A stretch of 49,724 nt of DNA from Candidatus Eiseniibacteriota bacterium. Its GTDB lineage: Bacteria; Arandabacterota; Arandabacteria; Arandabacterales; Arandabacteraceae. Every line of letters starts with the position of its first letter. Position 1 is the first letter of the stretch. The notes below the pieces were generated by a model, which saw only the letters and a list, made by a program, of their open reading frames with translations, had not been told where the DNA came from and ran no database searches. The stretch spans positions 1-49,724 of the forward strand of contig JBDRNT010000008.1 of assembly GCA_043810925.1 (NCBI GenBank), read 5' to 3'. This document shows positions 16,924 through 26,015 of the stretch, in pieces. Both the position numbers and the translations under genes were made by a program.

Positions 16924-18434
16924 AGCGAGTCACCATAGACCCCATTACGAGACTGGAAGGGCACGGCAAGATCGAGATCTTTCTCAATGATGATGGAGAC
17001 GTCGAGAATGTCTATTTCCAGGTTCCGGAGCTGAGGGGGTTCGAGAAATTCTGTATCGGCCGCCCCGTTGAGGAGCTTGCGAGAATAACCACGAGGATCT
17101 GCGGCGTGTGCCCCGAGGCTCACCATATGGCCAGCTCAAAGGCAGCGGATGCGGTCTATCATGTTGACCCCCCGCCGGCTGCGAAGAAGTTGCGGGAGCT
17201 TCTGTACAGTGCCTTCTATACGACCGATCACACGACGCACTTTTACATTCTCGGAGGCCCGGACTTCGTGATGGGCCCGGACGCGAGTCCCGCGGAGCGT
17301 AACATCCTTGGTGTGATAGCCAAGGTTGGCGCTGAGATCGGGCTCAAGGTCATCAACTTGAGAAAACATTGTCATGAAGTCATCAAGATGATGGGTGGCC
17401 GTAGCATCCACCCGGTCTCTTCCATCCCGGGTGGTTTCACCAAACCTCTCAACGCGGATGAGCGAAACCGTGTCGAAGAAGTGGCCAAGGAAGCTGTGGA
17501 GTTCAGCAAGTTCACGTTCCAGCTCTTCGAGGACATAGTCCTTAAGAACTCCGATTATGTGAGCCTGATCACCAGCGACGCCTATGCCCACAAGACATAC
17601 AACATGGGCATGGTAGATGAGAACAACTGTACCAACTTCTATGACGGCAAGATCCGGATTACTGATCCCGACGGCAAGGAGTTTGCCAAGTTCGAGGCCA
17701 AGGACTACCAGGATCATCTGGAAGAGCATGTTGAGCCGTACAGCTACCTCAAGTATCCCTATCTTAAGAACGTCGGATGGAAAGGTATGGTTGACGGCAA
17801 GGATTCGGGTGTCTATAAGGCCACACCGCTTTCGAGGTGTAATACAGCCGACAGCATGGCTACACCGCTTGCGCAGAAGGAATATGAGAAGATGTATGAG
17901 ACGCTCGGGGGGAAGCCGATTCATGCCACACTGGCTACCCATTGGGCAAGGGTGGTGGAACTGATGTATTCATCCGAGCGGATGCTTGAGTTGGTCAGCG
18001 ATCCGGATATCACCCGGGGAACGCGGAAGGACTCTTCGAAGGGTATCGACAAGGCCCTGATGAAGGAGATCAGGACCATCCCCAAGGAGACACCTACGGA
18101 GGGGGTCGGTGTCGTGGAGGCACCCAGAGGGACACTCTATCATCACTACGTCACCGACTCGAACGGGATAGTGACGGACGTAAATCTCATAGTCGGTACT
18201 ACGAACAACAACGCCGCAATATCCATGTCGCTTAAGAAAGCGGCCATGGGTGTCATAAAGAAAAACGGTGAGATCACCGAGGGGGCGCTTAATCTCGTGG
18301 AGATGGCCTTCAGGGCCTATGACCCCTGTTTCGCTTGTGCTACCCACTCACTCCCCGGCAGAATGCCTCTGGAGGTCGTGGTGTACGACTGTGAGGGCAA
18401 GGAACTCTCAAGAAAGAAGCGAAACCAGACATAG
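16920..18434 (+). CDS. mvhA: Group 3c [NiFe]-hydrogenase large subunit
   Basis: IDPITRLEGHGK, L1 motif RICGVCPEAH, EAPRGTLYH, L2 motif RAYDPCFACATH plus a cleavable C-terminal extension; ATGA overlap with mvhG. Confidence 0.95.
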   Translation: MKRVTIDPITRLEGHGKIEIFLNDDGDVENVYFQVPELRGFEKFCIGRPVEELARITTRICGVCPEAHHMASSKAADAVYHVDPPPAAKKLRELLYSAFYTTDHTTHFYILGGPDFVMGPDASPAERNILGVIAKVGAEIGLKVINLRKHCHEVIKMMGGRSIHPVSSIPGGFTKPLNADERNRVEEVAKEAVEFSKFTFQLFEDIVLKNSDYVSLITSDAYAHKTYNMGMVDENNCTNFYDGKIRITDPDGKEFAKFEAKDYQDHLEEHVEPYSYLKYPYLKNVGWKGMVDGKDSGVYKATPLSRCNTADSMATPLAQKEYEKMYETLGGKPIHATLATHWARVVELMYSSERMLELVSDPDITRGTRKDSSKGIDKALMKEIRTIPKETPTEGVGVVEAPRGTLYHHYVTDSNGIVTDVNLIVGTTNNNAAISMSLKKAAMGVIKKNGEITEGALNLVEMAFRAYDPCFACATHSLPGRMPLEVVVYDCEGKELSRKKRNQT

Positions 18435-18444
18435 AATTTCTTCG

Positions 18445-18476
18445 CTCTCATCGCGGGCGGTGCCCGGCGATAGAGA
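18445..18476. terminator. Hairpin between convergent mvhA and hypE
   Basis: CTCT.ATCGC.GGGC-GGT-GCCC.GCGAT.AGAG inverted repeat. Confidence 0.45.
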
Positions 18477-18555
18477 TTGCTTCGTCACTAACGTTCCTCG
18501 CAACGACACTTCCATGTGCCGGATTGCCAGGCCACTATCGTTCCTCGCAACGACA
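18475..18555. repeat. Two direct 34-bp copies of a GATTGC...CCTCGCAA(T/C)GAC-type repeat
   Basis: GATTGCTTCGTCACTAACGTTCCTCGCAACGACA (18475-18508) and GATTGCCAGGCCACTATCGTTCCTCGCAACGACA (18522-18555). Confidence 0.75.
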
Positions 18556-18566
18556 TCAGCTCTCTC

Positions 18567-19574
18567 TTAGCAGATCCGCGGTAGGAGCTCTCCCGATAGC
18601 GGGCTTAGGATACGCCGGCCTCCGACGGCCGTGTTGAGTACCACCATACGCGGGTTATCCGTGGTCACTTCCCCCACGATTGCCGCATCCTGTCCGTACG
18701 CCGCAGTCTTCATCGCCTGAAGCACGCCATCTGCCTCAGCCCGGGAGACGAATGCCACGAGCTTGCCTTCATTGGCGACATAGAAGGGATCGAAGCCAAG
18801 CATCTCGCAGGCCTGCATGACCTCAGGCTTGACAGGAACAGCCGCTTCGTCGATCACGATGCCGACCCCGGACTTGTGAGCAATCTCATTTAAGGATGTA
18901 GCCAGTCCTCCACGTGTGGGATCGCGCATGGTGTGTATCGATGACGTTACGCCAAGCATGACGGCGACCAGCCTGTTTAAGGGAGCGGTGTCACTGGCGA
19001 TGCCGGTTTCAAAATCGATTCCTTCCCGCTTCGAAATTACGGCAATTCCGTGGTCGCCTATCGAACCGCTTAGAATCACAGCATCACCAGGCTCGGCATT
19101 TGAGGATGATATGTCGATGCCCTTGCGTATCGTACCTATACCCGAAGTATTGATGAAGATCCGGTCCGCCGAGCCTCTTTCAACGACCTTGGTGTCGCCT
19201 CCGGCAACAATGACTCCCGCCTCATCCGATACACGTCGGACCGATTCGAGGATTCTGTGAAGGTCTGCAAGCGCCAGACCCTCTTCAAGTATCAGACCCA
19301 GGGTGATCGCCACCGGTACCGCACCCACCATCGCAAGGTCGTTGACCGTACCGTTCACCGCCAGGGAGCCGATGTCTCCCCCGGGGAAGAACACGGGATC
19401 GACGACATACGAGTCCGTTGTGAACGCTACCCGGCCCGCAGGGAGGTCTAAGACGGCCGAATCATCCAGACTATCGATGACATCGTTCTTAAGATACTTG
19501 CCTACAATCTCCTCAACGAGCTTCCGCGAGGCCTCTCCCCCACTCCCGTGTGCCAGACCGATCACATCACTCAT
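18567..19574 (-). CDS. hypE: Hydrogenase maturation protein HypE
   Basis: LAHGSGG, FTTDSYVVDP.FFPGGDIG.LAVNGTVNDL, GDTKVV, MRDPTRGG, C-terminal LPRIC. Confidence 0.97.
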   Translation of the reverse strand: MSDVIGLAHGSGGEASRKLVEEIVGKYLKNDVIDSLDDSAVLDLPAGRVAFTTDSYVVDPVFFPGGDIGSLAVNGTVNDLAMVGAVPVAITLGLILEEGLALADLHRILESVRRVSDEAGVIVAGGDTKVVERGSADRIFINTSGIGTIRKGIDISSSNAEPGDAVILSGSIGDHGIAVISKREGIDFETGIASDTAPLNRLVAVMLGVTSSIHTMRDPTRGGLATSLNEIAHKSGVGIVIDEAAVPVKPEVMQACEMLGFDPFYVANEGKLVAFVSRAEADGVLQAMKTAAYGQDAAIVGEVTTDNPRMVVLNTAVGGRRILSPLSGELLPRIC

Positions 19575-20658
19575 GTCGCTCTCCCGCATACTGGTAGTAG
19601 GCCGCGCATGAACCCTCACTCGATACCATGCACGGTCCTATCGGGTCTTGAGGGGTGCAGGTCTTGCCGAAGAGAGGACAGTGGGGAGGTATCATATCGC
19701 CTCGGAGGACGTCACCACACTTGCAGCCGGCCGGATCGGGCAGGCTTTCGATCTCGCTGTCGATGAACCCAGCAGCATCCAGCCGCGAGAATTCATCGCG
19801 AAGAGCAAGACCGGTGTCCTTCACCATGCCGATGCCCCGCCACTCGCTGCTTGTGGTCGCGAACACCTTGTCGATCGCAGCCAGGGCGTTTGCGTTGCCG
19901 TCGTAGGAGACTCCCCTCAAGTATTCGATTTCGACCTCACTTCTGCCCTCCTCGAGCTGGCGGAGGAGCATATAGATCGCCTGGAGCACGTCACTCGGTT
20001 CGAAGCCCGCTACAACGCATGGCTTCTTCCAGACCGATGCCACGGGTTCCAGGGGCTTCGCACCTATTATGGAGCACACATGCCCCGGACAGATAAAGCC
20101 GTCAACCGAGGTTCCGTGTTCGATGAGAGCTCCTACTACCGGTGGCGTGCGTTTGTGAAGCGCCAGGACAAAGAAGTTCTTAAGCCCCGCCTCGGCGGCC
20201 CTCAAGACGGCGGCGGCCGTAGAGGGCGCAGTTGTCTCGAAACCGATTCCTATGAAGAAGACTCGCTTGTCAGGATTTCTCTCTGCAAGAGCTACGGCAT
20301 CATAGCTCGAATAGACAATCCGGATATCAGCACCGCGTGCCCTCCGCTCGCTGAGGTTCATCGTGGAGCCCGGCACCTTCATCATGTCGCCATAGGTGGC
20401 CACAATGCTTCCGGGAAGACCGCTCAGGTAGAGGATCCTGTCAATATCCGCACGGCCTGTAACGCACACGGGACAGCCCGGACCGGATACAAGCCGTAAC
20501 CGCTCCGGTAGAAGCGACTTCAGACCGTGTCTGAAGATCGCCACCGTGTGCGTCCCGCAAAACTCCATCAGTGTCCAGTCGTGACGGCATATACCGCCGA
20601 TCTTCTCCACTATGGCGGCTACGAGCTCGCGGTCCCTGAACTCCGCAGCGAACTTCAT
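19567..20658 (-). CDS. hypD: Hydrogenase maturation protein HypD
   Basis: MEFCGTHT, GPGCPVCV, GFETT, PGHV, GPCMVSSEGSCAAYY. Confidence 0.97.
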   Translation of the reverse strand: MKFAAEFRDRELVAAIVEKIGGICRHDWTLMEFCGTHTVAIFRHGLKSLLPERLRLVSGPGCPVCVTGRADIDRILYLSGLPGSIVATYGDMMKVPGSTMNLSERRARGADIRIVYSSYDAVALAERNPDKRVFFIGIGFETTAPSTAAAVLRAAEAGLKNFFVLALHKRTPPVVGALIEHGTSVDGFICPGHVCSIIGAKPLEPVASVWKKPCVVAGFEPSDVLQAIYMLLRQLEEGRSEVEIEYLRGVSYDGNANALAAIDKVFATTSSEWRGIGMVKDTGLALRDEFSRLDAAGFIDSEIESLPDPAGCKCGDVLRGDMIPPHCPLFGKTCTPQDPIGPCMVSSEGSCAAYYQYAGERHE

Positions 20659-20870
20659 CCGAGGACTTCTCTCATCAAACGGAGTGTCTCCAGAGCATAT
20701 TCCTTTTCGAGTTTGTGTATGGCGAATCCCGCATGCACCAGAACATAGTCTCCCACCTCCGCCGGCAGGTCGACGATCTCCAGGCTGACTTCTCTCACTA
20801 CGCCGCCTATGTTCGCTTTGGCACGGACCCCGTCCTTCTCAACGATCAGTGCCGGAATGGCAAGACACAT
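20655..20870 (-). CDS. hypC: Hydrogenase maturation chaperone HypC
   Basis: MCLAIPA...GDYVLVHAGFAI. Confidence 0.97.
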   Translation of the reverse strand: MCLAIPALIVEKDGVRAKANIGGVVREVSLEIVDLPAEVGDYVLVHAGFAIHKLEKEYALETLRLMREVLG

Positions 20871-20882
20871 GGTATTCCTCAC

Positions 20883-23219
20883 TTATCTCTCTGGGCAATC
20901 CTTAATCATAGCAGCCGCAACGACGGCCTGCCCGAAGCTTATACCGCCGTCGTTCGCCGGGACAAGATGATTTATGATCACATCGAACTCTTTTCCAAGT
21001 AACCGCTCTCTCAAGGTCCTCAGCAGGATGGCGTTCTGGAAACAGCCGCCACTCAGCGCCACCGTCCCGATCCCGTGCCGCTCTCTCAGGCGCACGGCAG
21101 CCTCACACAGACTGCCCGCAAGCCAGGTGTGAAATCTGGCGCTCACAGCACCTGCGTGTGTCCCGCGCTTGAGATCTTCGACAATCTCCCCCATGAGTCC
21201 CCGCGTCCGGATCAGGACCTTCTCTCCCGCGTCCTCGATCTCAATGGAGTATGATCCCTGCTCGGTCTCGTCCGTAGCCATCTCGAGCTCTATCGCGGCC
21301 TGCCCCTCGTAGCTGACCTCGCTTTTTATGCCGCAAAGACATGAGACCGCGTCAAAGAGCCTTCCGCAACTTGAGGTCCGGGGGCAGTTCACATCCTGCT
21401 CGAGCATGGCAAGCACGACTTCGAGGGCCTTGCCGTCCTTGTGCACAAGGTCCTCGAGATTGACACCTGCCGGGTTCGGCCCGAGAGCACTGCGAAGGTG
21501 TGATAGCGCCATCCTCCAGGGCTCCTTCACAGCTCTATCACCACCCGGCATTCCAACCTGCTCCAGGTGCCCGACCCTGCTATAGGACTTGCGCGTGGCA
21601 AGGAGTATCTCACAGCCCCACACGGTACCATCAGGGCCATAGCCGGTCCCATCGAGCGCCATGCCCAGCACAGGCCCGTCGCTCCCTGCCTCACCAAGAC
21701 AGCTTGCTATGTGCGCGTGGTGATGCTGGACCCCGATCTTTGTCTTGAGCGGTAGATCAAGGGCAAACTTCGTACTCAGATAATCGGGGTGCAGGTCGTA
21801 GGCCACAACATCGGGTTCGACTGCGATGATCTTCCCGATCTGGGCCACCGTTGTCTTGAAAAACTCAAACGCGGCCAGGTTCTCGAGGTCACCGATATGC
21901 TGGCTTAAGAAAACCTGGCTGTTCCGCGTAACGGCGATTGTGTTCTTAAGATGAGCCCCGCAGGCGAGAATACCCGTGACCGGGCAGGTGGTTTCGATGG
22001 GCAGCGGAACCCATCCACGTGACCGCCTGAGAAACAGCGTGTCACCCTCAAAGACCCTGACAACCGAGTCGTCACATCTTGAGAGAATCTCACGATCGTG
22101 ATCCAGGAAGAGGTCTCCGATCCCGTCCAGTCTCTTAAGGGCGTCAACGGTATCGATTGCAATCGGCTCTTCGCTGATGTTCCCGCTTGTCATCACAAGC
22201 GCAGATGACCGGCCCTCAAACAACAGGTGGTGCACCGGAGTGTAGGGAAGCATGACCCCGATGTTCCTGTTTCCCGGGGCCACCGCCTGTGCGATACCGC
22301 AGTCGGCCCGCTTCCTAAGAAGAACAATCGGTCTTGAAGGCTTTAGAAGTGCCGCCTCTTCGTCATCACCGACCTCGGCAAACGTTCTTATCGTTTCGAT
22401 ATCCGGTGCCATGACTGCCAGCGGTTTCTCTTCCCGGTGCTTTCGCTGTCGCAGCCTTCGGACTGCAATCTCATCCGTAGCATCACAAGCGAGGTGGAAA
22501 CCTCCCAGACCCTTCACCGCCACGACCCGGCCCTCACTCAGGGCCAGCCTGGCTTCGGCAATGGGATCATCACAATCGACAGGATTGCCCGAAACATCTC
22601 TAAGTATTACCCGCGGACCGCATGTCCAGCAGGCATTGGGCTCTGCATGAAACCGCCGGTCGAGTGGATCTTCGTATTCGGCGAGACACTCCCGGCACAT
22701 CTTGAATTCAGACATCGTCGTGTTTGCCCTGTCATAGGGTATGTCACCGATTATCGTGTACCGTGGACCACAGTTCGTGCAGTTTGTGAAAGGATACGCG
22801 TATCGCCTGTCATGTTCATCAGTTAACTCAGCCAGACAATCTCCGCAGGTTGCTATGTCCGGCGAAATCAAGACTGTGCGTTCTGCGGAACGGCTGCTCT
22901 CTCTTATCACGAACCGCTCATCCCGGACCGGGTCGACCACGCTGACGGACATGGTGTCTATCCGCGCCTGGGGAGGCGTTTCCCCGACAGCGGCGAGCAC
23001 AAACGCCGAAACACTCTCCAGACTACCCTCGATCTCTATCTCGACACCTTCCGGGTTATTGAGAACATGACCGCCGAGCCCGTGAGTATGGGCGAGTCTA
23101 TATATGAAAGGGCGAAACCCCACTCCCTGCACGACCCCGCCTATCACTATCTTGAGCCTTACGGTTTGCGTGGTTTCGGTCTCTTCGCCATCAGATGAGA
23201 TCTTAGCCAATCTATCCAT
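20883..23219 (-). CDS. hypF: Carbamoyltransferase HypF
   Basis: Acylphosphatase GVVQGVGFRPF, two zinc fingers (CGDC...CTNCGPR; CREC...CWTCGP), KGLGGFHL, QHHHAH, DGTGYG, PANDGGISFGQ. Start uncertain (overlaps hypB). Confidence 0.96.
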   Translation of the reverse strand: MDRLAKISSDGEETETTQTVRLKIVIGGVVQGVGFRPFIYRLAHTHGLGGHVLNNPEGVEIEIEGSLESVSAFVLAAVGETPPQARIDTMSVSVVDPVRDERFVIRESSRSAERTVLISPDIATCGDCLAELTDEHDRRYAYPFTNCTNCGPRYTIIGDIPYDRANTTMSEFKMCRECLAEYEDPLDRRFHAEPNACWTCGPRVILRDVSGNPVDCDDPIAEARLALSEGRVVAVKGLGGFHLACDATDEIAVRRLRQRKHREEKPLAVMAPDIETIRTFAEVGDDEEAALLKPSRPIVLLRKRADCGIAQAVAPGNRNIGVMLPYTPVHHLLFEGRSSALVMTSGNISEEPIAIDTVDALKRLDGIGDLFLDHDREILSRCDDSVVRVFEGDTLFLRRSRGWVPLPIETTCPVTGILACGAHLKNTIAVTRNSQVFLSQHIGDLENLAAFEFFKTTVAQIGKIIAVEPDVVAYDLHPDYLSTKFALDLPLKTKIGVQHHHAHIASCLGEAGSDGPVLGMALDGTGYGPDGTVWGCEILLATRKSYSRVGHLEQVGMPGGDRAVKEPWRMALSHLRSALGPNPAGVNLEDLVHKDGKALEVVLAMLEQDVNCPRTSSCGRLFDAVSCLCGIKSEVSYEGQAAIELEMATDETEQGSYSIEIEDAGEKVLIRTRGLMGEIVEDLKRGTHAGAVSARFHTWLAGSLCEAAVRLRERHGIGTVALSGGCFQNAILLRTLRERLLGKEFDVIINHLVPANDGGISFGQAVVAAAMIKDCPER

Positions 23220-23833
23220 TGCTCCAGGCCCTCGCCGGTCTTGGAGGACGTCTTGAAAACAGTCATGTCGGGTTTGATCCGAAGCGCGTTTTCCTCAATC
23301 GTGTCGGGGTTCGAATCGGTGTAGGGTGCGAGATCCGTCTTGGTGATCACCAGTACCTCTGAAGCCCTAACCATGGGAGGATACTTGACCGGCTTGTCGT
23401 CCCCCTCACCCACCGCGACCAGCAACACCTTGAGATCCTCACCAAGATCAAATGACGCCGGACACACGAGGTTACCCACGTTTTCGATCACTATGAGATC
23501 ATAGGCTGACGCATCACGTTTCAGGAGTTTCTCATCGACCATGCGAGCATCAAGATGGCAGGCCTCACCCGTACATATCTGTACGGCCTCAACACCGTGC
23601 CTCGCGATCCTCTCGGCGTCATTTTCAGTCATGAGATCACCGGTGACCACGAAGATCCGGTAGTCGTCCTTGAGAACCTTCACCGTCTCTTCTATAAGCC
23701 TCGTCTTCCCGGAACCCGGTGAGCTCACAAGGTTCAGGACGAAGGTCCCGGCCTCGGCGAACCGCTCCCGGTTCGCGATGGCTATGTTCTCATTCTCGTT
23801 AAGCACCTTCTGCCTAAGATCAACTTTTCTCAA
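23159..23833 (-). CDS. hypB: Ni-insertion GTPase HypB
   Basis: SSPGSGKT, CHLDA, ENVGNLVCPASFDLGE, EGDDKPVKYP, TKTDL; TTG start just after the hypA stop. Confidence 0.96.
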   Translation of the reverse strand: MRKVDLRQKVLNENENIAIANRERFAEAGTFVLNLVSSPGSGKTRLIEETVKVLKDDYRIFVVTGDLMTENDAERIARHGVEAVQICTGEACHLDARMVDEKLLKRDASAYDLIVIENVGNLVCPASFDLGEDLKVLLVAVGEGDDKPVKYPPMVRASEVLVITKTDLAPYTDSNPDTIEENALRIKPDMTVFKTSSKTGEGLEQWIDWLRSHLMAKRPKPRKP

Positions 23834-23834
23834 T

Positions 23835-24176
23835 CTACTCGACCTCCACATCTCTCACGCAGATCTCACGCCCGGCTATCATATCGAAATCACCCGAACC
23901 GCAGGCCTTGCACCTGAAATCATCCATACGGACAGTGTACTCGGTTTTACAGGATCTGCACCTGGCACGCGGATCGATCTTCTCTATCTTAAGACGCGCG
24001 CTCTCCAGCCCGGTTCCCTTGGTAATCGCATCAAAGCAGAACTCCAGGGAAGCAGGATCGAGACAGGAGAGAACACCGATCTCGACCGTGATCTCGCCTG
24101 CCTTTGATGCCGAATGCTCTTTAACGACCCGGGTGACCAGGTCCGCTATTTGTGTCGCGACCCCGAGTTCATGCAA
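23835..24176 (-). CDS. hypA: Ni metallochaperone HypA
   Basis: MHE N-terminus; CRSC...CKACGS zinc site. Confidence 0.96.
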   Translation of the reverse strand: MHELGVATQIADLVTRVVKEHSASKAGEITVEIGVLSCLDPASLEFCFDAITKGTGLESARLKIEKIDPRARCRSCKTEYTVRMDDFRCKACGSGDFDMIAGREICVRDVEVE

Positions 24177-24182
24177 TCGGGC

Positions 24183-24647
24183 CTACCTCCCACTCAGAAG
24201 ATCGTCCGCAATCTCCCGGGCGATCCCGTCAATACGGTCCTTAAGGGTCTGCGAAACCTGCTCCCCCAGCGAAAACGGATCCTCGACCTCTACGCCGTAG
24301 ACAATCACTTCGTCCGGCAACCGGGCATCACAGGATCGTGCAACCTCTATTGCCTCGAGAAAGTTGATTCCGTGACTGTGCCCGCTACGAAGGGTCTCCA
24401 GATGGGAATCGGTGTCTATTCTTACAACCGTGCCGGGCGGGTACTTACCGGTGACCATGCTGTCAATAATCACCGCCTTGCGATGCCCGAGCATACGATC
24501 AACGACCTCGAAGCCACCCGCCGGCGCCAGCTCCAGGTCACAGTCAGGAATCAGATCCTGCACCTTCCCGGAGACCAAAAGACCGATTCCGTCATCGGAC
24601 ATAATCGGATTGCCCAACCCGATCAGAATATCGTTGGCAGCCATCAA
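24183..24647 (-). CDS. Hydrogenase maturation endopeptidase (HycI/HybD family)
   Basis: GLGNPIMSDDGIG, IIDS, SHG motif. Confidence 0.93.
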   Translation of the reverse strand: MMAANDILIGLGNPIMSDDGIGLLVSGKVQDLIPDCDLELAPAGGFEVVDRMLGHRKAVIIDSMVTGKYPPGTVVRIDTDSHLETLRSGHSHGINFLEAIEVARSCDARLPDEVIVYGVEVEDPFSLGEQVSQTLKDRIDGIAREIADDLLSGR

Positions 24648-24668
24648 AGGGCGGACGCGTGGCGCGAC

Positions 24669-25169
24669 CTAATGCTCAGCAGACAGCGCTTCTTCGAGCT
24701 GCTGCATCAGCTCTTCAGACTCGGTCTCCACGGTGTTCAAGAGCTCCGGCCACTTGAGAGGTCCAAGGGCTCGTACCTGCTCGGTCATCCCGGTGATCAC
24801 ATCCACAAACCTCTTGGCCTCAGCAGCGGAAATCCAGTGCAGCTGGAATCTCTCTTTCTCGATGCCGAACTGCGAAAGCATATTCGAGAGAATATGATAA
24901 CGTCCGAGGGCCTTGTAGTTGCCTTCCAGATAATGGCAGTCCCCCGGATGACAGCCTCCGATCAATACGCCGTCGGCACCTCTTGCGAATGCAGTCAGTA
25001 CGAAAGTGGGATCCACCCGTCCCGTACACATGACCCGGATCGGTATCACGTTGGGTGGGTATTTCATACGGCTTGTGCCTGCAAGGTCCGCACCGCTGGA
25101 AGTACACCACTTGCAAAAGAAACCGACTATCTTGGGTTCGAACTTGCTGCTCTTCTTGTCCATCACCAT
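24669..25169 (-). CDS. mvhD: Hydrogenase/heterodisulfide reductase 2Fe-2S delta subunit (MvhD/FlpD)
   Basis: FCKWC..GADLAG, IRVMCTGRVDP, GADGVLIGGCHPGDCHYLEGN, WISAAE. Confidence 0.94.
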   Translation of the reverse strand: MVMDKKSSKFEPKIVGFFCKWCTSSGADLAGTSRMKYPPNVIPIRVMCTGRVDPTFVLTAFARGADGVLIGGCHPGDCHYLEGNYKALGRYHILSNMLSQFGIEKERFQLHWISAAEAKRFVDVITGMTEQVRALGPLKWPELLNTVETESEELMQQLEEALSAEH

Positions 25170-25237
25170 ACCTCTCTACTGGAGTGCCAAAGTCCCGTCT
25201 ATTGTACGAGCCCAGTATCCGGTGGTCAACACAATTA

Positions 25238-25795
25238 TCACTTTTCGGCAGCGTCGGGAGCAGGCTCCTCACTGCTCTTGATCAGTCCCTCGATCTTCTT
25301 CTTGAGAAGCACTTCATCCCCGGGGCGGTACCCCCTGGTTCTATGATGTATCCTGCCTTCTTTATCCAGCACAACGGTCGTGGGTATCGCCCCCACCTTA
25401 AACGGACGTCCGAGCTTTCCGTCAGGGTCCCAGTAGACCGGCACAGACATCTTGTATTTCTGAAGGTACTGGATTAAAACCTTCTCCGAGCGTCTGCTGT
25501 CGAGAGATATGGCGGCGAAGTGGACACCCTTCGGCTCAAGCTCTTTGTAGAGTTTCTCGATCTGAGGCATTTCCAGTCTGCAGGGTTTGCACCATGTGGC
25601 CCAGAAATTGAGCACCACCGGGCCGTCCAGAAGCAAACTGTCGACATATACGGGTTCACCGTCAAGCGGCCTCAGGACCAGGCCCCGGTTAGAGGTTTCC
25701 GCAGGGGCTTCCGCAGGGGCTTCCGCAGAGGCATCCGCCGCCAGCGTCACCAGGAAAAGGACACAAAAAAAGCCGGCAACCCCTACCCGCTTCAT
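25238..25795 (-). CDS. TlpA/ResA-like exported thiol-disulfide oxidoreductase
   Basis: Signal peptide, NFWATWCKPCRLEMP, IPTT cis-Pro loop. A 12-bp tandem repeat encodes (EAPA)x2 in the linker. TTGACT-N17-TAATCT at 25856-25828. Confidence 0.92.
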   Translation of the reverse strand: MKRVGVAGFFCVLFLVTLAADASAEAPAEAPAETSNRGLVLRPLDGEPVYVDSLLLDGPVVLNFWATWCKPCRLEMPQIEKLYKELEPKGVHFAAISLDSRRSEKVLIQYLQKYKMSVPVYWDPDGKLGRPFKVGAIPTTVVLDKEGRIHHRTRGYRPGDEVLLKKKIEGLIKSSEEPAPDAAEK

Positions 25796-26015
25796 CGCAT
25801 TACCTCCATTACACATACACATAAGAGAGATTAGCAACTACCCGCCCCAAAGTCAAGGTTGAAAGGCGATCCGGAGCGTCGGGTTCCACCCCCGACGATT
25901 GCCGAGACGTCGGGCGCAAAGACCCCACATTATCGCCCGATGAAGAGGACGACTGTCCCCTTTTACTTGACAACGGCCACCCGGTTATTCAGAATAATGC
26001 GTCTGGAGAACTGCT

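Noticed and set aside
18475-18555. 34-bp direct repeats as a mini CRISPR array
   Set aside because: Only two divergent copies with a 13-bp gap, and no cas genes.
24114-25346. 410-aa plus-strand ORF across the protease and mvhD genes
   Set aside because: Antisense to clear genes; no recognisable domain.
25697-25731. 12-bp tandem repeat in the TlpA gene as a phase-variation site
   Set aside because: In-frame unit encoding an EAPA linker; copy changes would not shift the frame.
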